A program made the position numbers and the translations under genes. From NCBI GenBank assembly GCA_964367655.1, contig CAYIYJ010000003.1, forward strand, positions 3,041-61,714: DNA of 58,674 nt. The letters are read 5' to 3'. The stretch's first letter is position 1. Every line of letters starts with the position of its first letter. Source of the stretch: an uncultured Candidatus Saccharibacteria bacterium. GTDB lineage: Bacteria; Patescibacteriota; Minisyncoccia; Phycocordibacterales; CAIZLB01. Shown one piece after another: positions 18,166 through 26,861 of this stretch. The notes beneath the pieces are model-generated. The model saw nothing but the letters and a program-made list of their open reading frames with translations. It made no database searches and was not told the origin of the DNA.

Positions 18166-21100
18166 TTATCCTTTCTTCTCTGCTTCTTTTATCTTTTCTT
18201 TTAGTTCTTCTATTTTTGTTTTAATATTACCACGGTTTTTGATTGCGCCGTCTTTTATACCCTTCAGAGATGCTTCCTTCTTCTCTAGTTTAATAGATGC
18301 TTCATCGAGAGCTGTCTGCATCAGATCGATTACTCGAGGGTCAGGAGTAGGTTTAGCCTTCTCTGCTTGTAGGTTATTTTCGTACATTTTTATTAATCCT
18401 CCAGTAACAGCTGTTCCTTTTAGTTTTTCTATTTCACGTGTAAGAGCATTTACAGAAGCTACGCTGATAATTCCTTTGAGTTTTGCAGGATCTGTTTTGA
18501 TCAAGTTCTCTAGATCTGCTAGTTTCTCTGGATGTTTCTGTAGGTTTGCTTCTGCTTTTGCAAGGTCGTCTTTTAGTTTTTCTAGACTTGAAACTTCTTT
18601 AGCTCGACTTGCCAATTGAGTTTTGAAGGCTGCTTCTCTTGCTTTGAATTTGCCATTACTCATCATTCTGCTCTTTGGGTGTCTCATGCTGGCAGCTAAA
18701 CGACCCCCTTCTGCGTGGGCTGTATATACGTTGTTTAGATGATCTCGCATCTTACCTTGATTGAATCGATATGTTACATTACCTGCGGCATCAGTTTCAG
18801 CGACCACGCCTTGCATAGCCTGCTCCGTAAGTCCTTCCTCGTGAGATTTACCACTATTCTCAGGGTCTGCATGTGCCAGTATTCTCTCATCGAGATATAT
18901 CTTAGCCTTAGCCTTTGCAAAAGCTGTAACTCTATCTCGGAAAGCTGCTTCATTTTCATTTTCATAACCTTTCTCTTTATATTTTGGTGCAGTTATGGCT
19001 GTTTCTGCAGCTATGGCTGTATTTGTTGCATCTTCTGCCCCATTACCTGCCCACCATTTATTTCTAGCTTCTTTCCATTGTTTTTTTGTCTTACCAAAGA
19101 GTGTTGGGTCCTTTGTTCTGTTTGCCAAGTTCGCTGCTGCGTTACGTACAAACGCAGGGGCATTACCATTAGCTGCAATAGTTGACCCAAGTTTGTTCAA
19201 ATTTTTGAAACCTCCAAGACCTCGTATAGTGCCTTTTCCTAGCTGTCCTGCTGTATACAAAGCTGCCTTAGGTGCCTGTTTTAGACCTTCCATAGCCATA
19301 CTACCAGCTTTACTTCCAGTATCACGTACTTTGTTACCTAGTTTTTTTGCAAGACCAATAGAACTCATCTCGGCCAAGCTTTTGAACTTGTTTGTGATAC
19401 TTGAACCAAAACTCCCTTCTGTATTCTTAGCACTGTATTTTACAGCAGCAAGTATAACCCAGATTACTAAACAGAAGTTTAGTATAAGTGGAAGTTGAGT
19501 CATCATGTTCTGGTTATCGGCTGTACAGAAAAGTGTAAGAAAGTTTAAGCCGTTTGATATACCAAAAAGTTTGGTAAACACAAACATTGCTACGAACATA
19601 AACAACATGAATACTACTGGAAATCTGATCACATACATCATTCGTTTCCACCAGTTGTTTTTTAGTGTTGCAAAAACTCCTTGATCCATAATGTGTCCCC
19701 AAACCCAAAGCGGTGATGTTATGAACAGGAAGACGATATTTGCCATTCGTACAAAGAATAGTATTCCAACCATGAGGAACGCTAGTCCAATAATGATCAT
19801 GAATATAGATCCGAATATCGCAACTTTGATGATTGCTCCATGAGCATCACCACAACCTTCGACTGTTTTTGTTGCATTGCCTGTGATATCACTAAAGTTA
19901 TATATACTAGCCAATCCAAGAGTGTTCATGATTCGGCTCGAGATAGTTGAAGGATTTGTACTTTGTAGTGCAGTTGTTCCGTCACTCTTTGTAGCTTGAT
20001 AAAGTTGTAGTGTAACAATGTTTGATCCGTCAACCATAGCTTTGGCTGCAAAAAGACTGAAGTTGATCAATATTGCAACTACTATAACACGCACTACATC
20101 CCCTTTTATTGTGTAACTACCTTTTTGCAATATGATATGTACCGCAATCCACAACAACACAAAGATGAAAGTCATGTTGAGTAGGTCTCGTACAAAAGTC
20201 CAAGTAGGATCTACAACACCGATTCGCTGTATGAATTCAGCAGAGTTTACTGCAAGCTCTATAGAATAGTCGAATAGGATACCTACTACGTTTAGTGCGT
20301 AGGCAACGAGGTTCATGCCGATGTTGAAGAGTGTTGCAAGAGTTGCGGTCCAACAATCTAAGTTGTGGAGCCATTTGAAACCCTCACAGGCTTGTCCAAT
20401 GTTGATGTTATCCCCTTGTGCTGCTGCTGTGGTTCTAATTCTCTGTCTCTCAAGTAATTCTTGCTGTGATACAAGATTGTCACGTTGTGATAGTAAACTG
20501 TCACGTTGCGCTTGTTCTTGAGAGGTTAGATCTCTCCCGTTTGAAGCTTGGTCTATTGCATCAATCTGATCTTGTATCTTTTTTGCTTCGTCTGCTGCAG
20601 TATCTCTTTCTTGTGTAATCCTGTTTCTGTTTCCTAAGGATGAATCTGAGTTTCTTAGTCCTGAACTTGTAGAACCTTCTTTTAAATCATGTGTTCTGTC
20701 ATACCAGTTGTTAAAACCTGCCTCAGTACTCATGTCAGTGATAGCATCCTCTGACTGATTTGCTGTAAGTTTTTTTAGAGGCTGTGGTGGTATTATAACT
20801 CCATCTTTTGTTGCTTTTGCGATAAGACGGTCTTGTTTGTCGGGAAATTCTGCTCCAGATGCGTAATAGTTTGTAACATTCGAACCCCCTACTTTTGTGG
20901 TAATAGAGTAGATATTATCTGTTTTGTATTGAGTTCCTAATTTCTGATTGAGTCCCGCTCCTACATATGGAAAGTTGTTATCATCTACTAGTTCTTTTTT
21001 ACCTTGATCACCTGTACTCCCATATATTTGTCTACCTCGTAAGTAATTAAAAGGAGTTTTTTCAGTTGACCCTCCCATATCGTCACCTGATCCGATGTAT

Positions 21101-21267
21101 CTGTCATATGTATCCTCTAAAGGAGCAACCTTCCACCCCTCTGGTGCAACAGGTGCTGTTGTTCCCTGTGCTCCAACCTCTACCCCGCCAAACATCAATC
21201 CGGCAACCACCAACAAAAAACCTAATTTAGAAAAAAAACGTTTTTTTACAACCAAATAGATATTCAT
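18166..21267 (-). CDS. Giant VirB6/TrbL-like polytopic membrane protein with an exported N-domain and a long coiled-coil cytoplasmic tail
   Basis: Signal or anchor sequence, roughly 300 aa of exported region with a Q/R/D-rich coiled coil, at least 6 hydrophobic helices (aa ~300-650), then a K/A/E-rich tail of about 380 aa. The call rests on architecture and context with VirB4/PrgI. Confidence 0.5.
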   Translation of the reverse strand: MNIYLVVKKRFFSKLGFLLVVAGLMFGGVEVGAQGTTAPVAPEGWKVAPLEDTYDRYIGSGDDMGGSTEKTPFNYLRGRQIYGSTGDQGKKELVDDNNFPYVGAGLNQKLGTQYKTDNIYSITTKVGGSNVTNYYASGAEFPDKQDRLIAKATKDGVIIPPQPLKKLTANQSEDAITDMSTEAGFNNWYDRTHDLKEGSTSSGLRNSDSSLGNRNRITQERDTAADEAKKIQDQIDAIDQASNGRDLTSQEQAQRDSLLSQRDNLVSQQELLERQRIRTTAAAQGDNINIGQACEGFKWLHNLDCWTATLATLFNIGMNLVAYALNVVGILFDYSIELAVNSAEFIQRIGVVDPTWTFVRDLLNMTFIFVLLWIAVHIILQKGSYTIKGDVVRVIVVAILINFSLFAAKAMVDGSNIVTLQLYQATKSDGTTALQSTNPSTISSRIMNTLGLASIYNFSDITGNATKTVEGCGDAHGAIIKVAIFGSIFMIIIGLAFLMVGILFFVRMANIVFLFITSPLWVWGHIMDQGVFATLKNNWWKRMMYVIRFPVVFMLFMFVAMFVFTKLFGISNGLNFLTLFCTADNQNMMTQLPLILNFCLVIWVILAAVKYSAKNTEGSFGSSITNKFKSLAEMSSIGLAKKLGNKVRDTGSKAGSMAMEGLKQAPKAALYTAGQLGKGTIRGLGGFKNLNKLGSTIAANGNAPAFVRNAAANLANRTKDPTLFGKTKKQWKEARNKWWAGNGAEDATNTAIAAETAITAPKYKEKGYENENEAAFRDRVTAFAKAKAKIYLDERILAHADPENSGKSHEEGLTEQAMQGVVAETDAAGNVTYRFNQGKMRDHLNNVYTAHAEGGRLAASMRHPKSRMMSNGKFKAREAAFKTQLASRAKEVSSLEKLKDDLAKAEANLQKHPEKLADLENLIKTDPAKLKGIISVASVNALTREIEKLKGTAVTGGLIKMYENNLQAEKAKPTPDPRVIDLMQTALDEASIKLEKKEASLKGIKDGAIKNRGNIKTKIEELKEKIKEAEKKG

Positions 21268-21312
21268 ATACTACTGTATAGTATACTAATAAAATTAAAT
21301 TTATTCTACTTT

Positions 21313-22848
21313 TTAATTCAAAACTTTATTGAGTGCTGTATTGATCAATTCATTTACAATAACAGCAATAACTTGATCAAATTTTTCAGCCAAAACAAGT
21401 CTATCTTTTGAAATATTTAGAGTTTTGTTTAGCTGATCTTCGATAAGATTTCCTGGTGTTGTGATAGGACACTTACTCTTATCCTTCTCTGCTGTTTTTG
21501 AATCACATTTTCTGAAACTCAAGAATCCCTTACCCCAACTTAATTCTAGATTTGCAAGATCTTTCTTTTGTTGTGTTCTGCCGTACATTTGAGCACTAAG
21601 ATTTAGATATGTACTATAAGGGTTATTTGCCTGTACTTGAGATATTTTAAGCCAACTGTCCCAACCACCTCTGCGGAAGTCTCCACCTAAGAAGGCTTTT
21701 AGATCTCCTTTTATATTACTTAAAGAACAACCTCCAAAAGTCCTGTTACCCGCTCCTCCCCCGTATCCACCGTTCGCATAACCGTCAGATCCATAATATC
21801 CTGTACCTAAATAATCTCGTGCAATCGTAAGTACGATCTGTGCTCGGAATGGTTGGCAGATGTTTTGTCCAATAACTCCGTAAGCAATCTGTTGTAGAAA
21901 TGCTCCAGCCTCCAAATCTCCTAGTTGTTTAAAGAATTGTTCTGGATTGTCTACAAAAGATGGATTTCCTTGAAAACCTGATTTAGCCCAAGCAATAGTT
22001 GATCGAGCAATATAATCTATCATCGAGTTTACAATACAGTATCCAACAGCATCCCAACTTATGTTGACCATGCCGTTTATGCCAGCAAAACCTATTGTTG
22101 TTCCAGTATGTGCAGCACTTTGGAACTGAAGCTGTTCTTTCGTTCTAACAGTGTCTAATTTTACATTCCAATCTGCTACGGGAACACTCAAGAGTCCTAT
22201 GGCTGTACCTACAACAGTTTCAGCTGCACCAACGACACTGTTTATAGCTGTAGAGATGGTTGATGTTAGGAGGTTTGATAGAAGTGTTCCTGCAAAGCAT
22301 GATGCTGCTGATTTGGCAGGTGTACCTGCTTGTACAGATGTTGAACTGCCACTTGTGTAAGCTTGGGCTTGAGATGGACGGCCTGCAGTACTTTTGTTCA
22401 CCTGTCTTATTGCTGTGTCTAGGGCAGCTTCGGTGTCTCCTGGTAAATCTGGTGTAGAAAGAAGGTTGTCCGCCAATATATTGTTATCTTGTTCGGGGAT
22501 ATTGTTCCAATCTAAAGGATTTCTTGCATCTGTGTATCCGTTTATAACAACATCGTCATATGTAAGATCGGCCTGTTCACCTTCGCTTGGGTATGGGGTT
22601 ACGGCATCTATATCATAAGGGTTATCATAAGTGTAATCTCCTGTATCTGGGGCAATCTCGTTGCCTTCCCCTGGAGGTGGCAGTAACAAAGTGTAAGGGT
22701 TACCACTAGAATCTGTACCAGAACTTTCTTCTCCAGGTAGTGGAATATCGGTTTGTGCTAACAGCAATGTAGGTAGTGACGAAGAATACAAGATAAAACC
22801 AACTAGGAGTATAACGATGTTTAATTTTTTAATAAAAGTTTTTATCAT
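21313..22848 (-). CDS. Secreted hypothetical protein
   Basis: 511 aa; signal peptide (LLLAQ); acidic Pro-rich N-region followed by a Cys-containing globular region. No known motif. Confidence 0.5.
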   Translation of the reverse strand: MIKTFIKKLNIVILLVGFILYSSSLPTLLLAQTDIPLPGEESSGTDSSGNPYTLLLPPPGEGNEIAPDTGDYTYDNPYDIDAVTPYPSEGEQADLTYDDVVINGYTDARNPLDWNNIPEQDNNILADNLLSTPDLPGDTEAALDTAIRQVNKSTAGRPSQAQAYTSGSSTSVQAGTPAKSAASCFAGTLLSNLLTSTISTAINSVVGAAETVVGTAIGLLSVPVADWNVKLDTVRTKEQLQFQSAAHTGTTIGFAGINGMVNISWDAVGYCIVNSMIDYIARSTIAWAKSGFQGNPSFVDNPEQFFKQLGDLEAGAFLQQIAYGVIGQNICQPFRAQIVLTIARDYLGTGYYGSDGYANGGYGGGAGNRTFGGCSLSNIKGDLKAFLGGDFRRGGWDSWLKISQVQANNPYSTYLNLSAQMYGRTQQKKDLANLELSWGKGFLSFRKCDSKTAEKDKSKCPITTPGNLIEDQLNKTLNISKDRLVLAEKFDQVIAVIVNELINTALNKVLN

Positions 22849-22856
22849 GAATACAC

Positions 22857-23708
22857 TTACTGCGTTGTTATAATAGTACTATTTTCAGTTTGGTTTATCC
22901 ACCCGTATGCAGGATCTGTTTTTTCGTAGACAACCTTATTAAGTTTTATAATGTTTTGAATCGCGGCAAAGCTCTTTAAAAGAGTATCGTTTGCTGTTTT
23001 TGCATTCTGTAGACCAAGAAGTGCACGTGCTGGATCTTTTTCTTGTAGTGCAAGTAATGTGAATGAATATGCAAAGTCTCGATATGAGTTTATTATCGCA
23101 AGGTGATAGTTTGCGAGTGGTGCTGGCACTGGTTGTTTTGCCAATACAACAGCTATTTTAAAATAAAGTGCTTGTAAATAATCTTGTGAATTTTTCTTTC
23201 CATCTAGGGATGCAATTGCTTTTGCAAGGGTGTTTTGAATTATGACTAGATTATTTCCATATACCTTAAGATTTGATACGGTTGCTTTTGCAAGGCGGAT
23301 CTGTTTGATTGTGACTTTAGATTTTGGTATCTGCTCCCCTTTTACACCGTCAGATGCTAGTTTTTTAAGGGTTTCTTCACTAAAATTACCAGATGTATTG
23401 TATTGAATATATTCACCGAATACATCTTTCGCTATACGATCACTCAGTGTATCCCCAGGTTTCTTTTTGTATGAATCTGTTACTTTTTCAAACGAAGCTA
23501 ATTGTTGTTTAACAATTGTGTTAAAAATACTCTGTTGATAATCATCTTCGTCAATAGTTGATTGTTCTGCTGTTTTTCCCCCTACTTCATCACCTATAAC
23601 AATATTCCCTGTCCGAGCGTTGTTGTTTTTATTTTTTTGTGAATAGACTGTCACAATCAAAATGATCACTATACATATAGCCGCTAGGTTGAGAGTCTTC
23701 TTGTGCAT
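22857..23708 (-). CDS. Membrane-anchored helical hypothetical protein
   Basis: 283 aa; N-terminal TM helix LAAICIVIILIVTVY. The remainder looks helical by composition (not computed). Confidence 0.5.
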   Translation of the reverse strand: MHKKTLNLAAICIVIILIVTVYSQKNKNNNARTGNIVIGDEVGGKTAEQSTIDEDDYQQSIFNTIVKQQLASFEKVTDSYKKKPGDTLSDRIAKDVFGEYIQYNTSGNFSEETLKKLASDGVKGEQIPKSKVTIKQIRLAKATVSNLKVYGNNLVIIQNTLAKAIASLDGKKNSQDYLQALYFKIAVVLAKQPVPAPLANYHLAIINSYRDFAYSFTLLALQEKDPARALLGLQNAKTANDTLLKSFAAIQNIIKLNKVVYEKTDPAYGWINQTENSTIITTQ

Positions 23709-23733
23709 TATGTATATAATATCACAAATATTT

Positions 23734-24540
23734 TTACGATATGAGAGAAAGTATCTGCACCCACTCTTGTGGAGTTATATTCTCAGGTCTTTCTTTAAGA
23801 TATTTTGACAACTTTTCTTTTTGTTCAGGTGAAATATCTCTAAACACTGTTCCACCGAGTTGTTTTCTCTTGCTGTTAAAAGCTTTTTTAGCTATTTCCC
23901 AATATTGTTGCTCCAACGACGGTTTTTTATTGAATATCTCTTTGGATATGTTGTTTATAACAAGTACGGAAGAATCTACTTTCGGAGCAGGGGTGAAGTT
24001 ACCTTTGGCTACATGGGTCAATATAGAGGGTTTTCCGTATGTTTGAGCTGAAAGAGATAGAAGGGTTTGTTTAGTGTCTACCATACGTAAAGCCACTTCT
24101 TTTTGAACCATAACTATCATGGCCAAAGGTTGATTTTCTGACTCTAGAAACTGTCTCATGATGAAACCTGTTAGATAATAAGGGATATTTGCTACCAATA
24201 TATACGGGTTTTTGATTGTGTTTGGGTCAAATTCTCGAATATCTGCCTCAATAAGGTCAAAAAGCTTGTCTTTTATAGGTTTTTTGAACTCTTCTTGAAG
24301 GATTGGGATCATTCTCTCATCGGTCTCTATAGCGATCACTGGCCGACCTGTTTTCAATAGATAAGCTGTCAAAGCACCCTTACCAGGACCTATTTCGAGT
24401 ATTTTGACTGGTTTTTTGTGGTTTTTCTCTGTATTTTCGAGTATTTCTATGGTTTTGTTGGCTATTTTCTCTAAAATCTTAGGGTTTTTTAGAAAATTCT
24501 GCCCAAGAGACTTCTTGGCTTCGATGTTATCCATAGACAT
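23734..24540 (-). CDS. rsmA: 16S rRNA (adenine1518/1519-N6)-dimethyltransferase
   Basis: KKSLGQNFLKNPKILEKI, SAM motif ILEIGPGKGALT, ANIPYY. Confidence 0.92.
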   Translation of the reverse strand: MSMDNIEAKKSLGQNFLKNPKILEKIANKTIEILENTEKNHKKPVKILEIGPGKGALTAYLLKTGRPVIAIETDERMIPILQEEFKKPIKDKLFDLIEADIREFDPNTIKNPYILVANIPYYLTGFIMRQFLESENQPLAMIVMVQKEVALRMVDTKQTLLSLSAQTYGKPSILTHVAKGNFTPAPKVDSSVLVINNISKEIFNKKPSLEQQYWEIAKKAFNSKRKQLGGTVFRDISPEQKEKLSKYLKERPENITPQEWVQILSLIS

Positions 24541-24565
24541 ATGTGCCTAGTATAGCCTATATAGC

Positions 24566-26590
24566 TTAAAAATCTATCTCAGACAGGTCTAACAGTCCCC
24601 CAGTGCGCTTCTCTCCTGGTTTGTAGGTGTTATTTTTTGGAGATATAAAACCAGATGCGTTATCAATACTCTCTGTGATATGGGCCGGAATATCCCCCAC
24701 AAACTCAGACTGTGTTCTGAATTGTCGTGCACCAAAGATTGTTCGCATCATCGCGTAACAGAGGTAAAGCTTTTTCTTTGCTCTAGTTATGGCTACATAG
24801 AATAGTCGTCGTTCTTCCTCGCTCTCCTCATCACTTTTCTGTTCTGTATCCCCCGCTCTTTCATATGGAAATAGATTTTCTTCCAATCCTGTGACAAATA
24901 CATAATCGTACTCGAGTCCTTTTGATGCGTGCACTGTCATGAGTCGAACTTTGTTTTCTTGGGTCTTGTCATCCAATTCATCTTGATCAGACATAAGACC
25001 TGCTTCTTCTAGAAAGAGGTGTACCCCTTCTTCAGGTGTAAGGTTGTCGTACTTTGTTGTGAGAGAAACAAGCTCTTTTATGTTTTCTAGTCGTTCCAGA
25101 TCGTCTTCATTGCTATCTTTTAAACTTTTTTCCATACCTGATGCTTGAAAGATGTATTTAAATACATCTGAAAGTTTTTCATTTTCACTTTTTGTTTTGA
25201 TTGTATCTAGAAGTCTGAAGTACTCATACACTTTTTGCTGTGCCGCTGTTGGAAGTTCTGCGACTTGGTTGCTAACAACTTTTAATATTGTGACATTCCC
25301 TATTCCACGTACAGGTGTATTGATTGTACGTTTTATATCTGTTACAGAATCTCTGTTTATTGCAGCTCGAAGATATGAGATCATGTCCTTAATCTCCTTT
25401 CTCTCAAAGAACTTTGTTCCCAGAACTTGATATGGAACTCCATACATAAGACATGCTTCTTCCAATGATCGAGATTGAAAATTTGCTCTGTATAATACAG
25501 CGATATCTTTGGGCTCTACACCATTCTGTATATATGTTTTTATTTCTTTTGCTACATAGTGAGATTCATCTGTTTCATCTAATCCTGAGTACACAGTAAT
25601 CATCTCCCCGCCCTCTTTGTCTGTAAAAAGATTTTTCTTTGTTCTGCAGATATTTTTTTCAATGATAGCATTTGCGGCTTCTATAATATGGCCAGTTGAT
25701 CTATAGTTTTGTTCAAGAAGAACAACTTCTGTTCCTGGAAAATCATGCTCAAATTCAAGGATGTGTGAGATGTTTGCTCCACGCCATGTATAGATAGTTT
25801 GGTCGGCATCACCTACAACTGCAATGTTTTTTGTTTGACCTGCGAGAAGTTTGCAGAGTTCATATTGTATAGGGTTTGTATCCTGGTACTCATCAACATG
25901 TATGTATTTCCACAATGAATTACAATACTGCTTAACTTCAGGAAATTCTTTCAAAAGTCGTACAGGTAGGGCGAGTAGATCATCAAAATCAACAGCTTTT
26001 TCTTTGCGCAATTCTGCATCATATTCCCTCCAAACTATAGCGGCCGCTTCCCCTGCGTAGCCTGTAGGTTTTTTTGCGTTCTGCTGTATGTATTCAGACA
26101 GACTTATACTGTTTCCTTTTTGTTTTGAGATGATGTTAAGTATCTTTGAAGGCTCCATCTTTTTAGGATCATGGCCTGTTTGAATAAGTATTTCTTTTAC
26201 CTTCTTTTTACTATCGTCTCGATCAAGTATTGTTACGTGCTTACCTAGACCCAGTTTGTCTCCGAATTTTTTCAACAAAAATACTCCTAGACTGTGAAAA
26301 GTAGATACAAAAGGTAGTTGGTAATGTTGTGTAAACACTTCAGATCCTTGTGTGTGGGTTTGCAGTGCGTGTAACACTCGCTCCTTCATCTCTTTCGCAG
26401 CTTTGTTCGTGAACGTGATGGCCAGGATGTTTTCAGGTGCTACGCCGTTCAATGTGAGATGTAAAATCCGACTGGTAATGGTTTTTGTTTTTCCAGCTCC
26501 AGCTCCTGCAATAATCAAAAGCGGCCCCTCAGTTTTGAGAACCGCTTTTTTCTGTGCTGTATTAAGTGTGTCTAGGTATGATACGTCCAT
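24566..26590 (-). CDS. pcrA: UvrD/PcrA-family DNA helicase (maximal ORF reaches a GTG at 26605)
   Basis: IIAGAGAGKTKTIT, VDEYQDTN, QNYRS, VHASKGLEYDYVFV, RRLFYVAITRAKKKL. Confidence 0.92.
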   Translation of the reverse strand: MDVSYLDTLNTAQKKAVLKTEGPLLIIAGAGAGKTKTITSRILHLTLNGVAPENILAITFTNKAAKEMKERVLHALQTHTQGSEVFTQHYQLPFVSTFHSLGVFLLKKFGDKLGLGKHVTILDRDDSKKKVKEILIQTGHDPKKMEPSKILNIISKQKGNSISLSEYIQQNAKKPTGYAGEAAAIVWREYDAELRKEKAVDFDDLLALPVRLLKEFPEVKQYCNSLWKYIHVDEYQDTNPIQYELCKLLAGQTKNIAVVGDADQTIYTWRGANISHILEFEHDFPGTEVVLLEQNYRSTGHIIEAANAIIEKNICRTKKNLFTDKEGGEMITVYSGLDETDESHYVAKEIKTYIQNGVEPKDIAVLYRANFQSRSLEEACLMYGVPYQVLGTKFFERKEIKDMISYLRAAINRDSVTDIKRTINTPVRGIGNVTILKVVSNQVAELPTAAQQKVYEYFRLLDTIKTKSENEKLSDVFKYIFQASGMEKSLKDSNEDDLERLENIKELVSLTTKYDNLTPEEGVHLFLEEAGLMSDQDELDDKTQENKVRLMTVHASKGLEYDYVFVTGLEENLFPYERAGDTEQKSDEESEEERRLFYVAITRAKKKLYLCYAMMRTIFGARQFRTQSEFVGDIPAHITESIDNASGFISPKNNTYKPGEKRTGGLLDLSEIDF

Positions 26591-26597
26591 TCGGACA

Positions 26598-26849
26598 TTA
26601 TACACCAGGAGTTGCTTGTCGTTTCTTTTCAGAATCCAATACGTGTTTTATGACTTCTTTTTTTAGTGCTGAGAATGAATCTTTATCCCCTTTTTGAATA
26701 TCTTTCATCTTTTCTACCATTTCTGTTAGATATTCAATGTAGATTCTTTGGTTTCTGTATAGGGTGTCATAGTGTATTTGGAGCGCATCGAGCATTGATT
26801 TTGTGTTTTGACTCTCTGTGAGAGTTGGGTCTATTGGTGTTGGGTTCAT
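26598..26849 (-). CDS. Small hypothetical protein
   Basis: 83-aa ORF tightly packed between the giant protein gene and pcrA. No motif. Confidence 0.4.
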   Translation of the reverse strand: MNPTPIDPTLTESQNTKSMLDALQIHYDTLYRNQRIYIEYLTEMVEKMKDIQKGDKDSFSALKKEVIKHVLDSEKKRQATPGV

Positions 26850-26861
26850 ATGTTTTTAGGT

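Noticed and set aside
18239-19498. Several long plus-strand ORFs (126-167 aa) antisense to the VirB6-like gene. Similar antisense ORFs occur at 28321-30249, 31882-32322, 16925-17487 and 14098-15090.
   Set aside because: Their composition is low-complexity (S/F/L/C/A-rich) and they carry no motifs. They lie fully inside better-supported genes on the other strand, so they are typical shadow ORFs.
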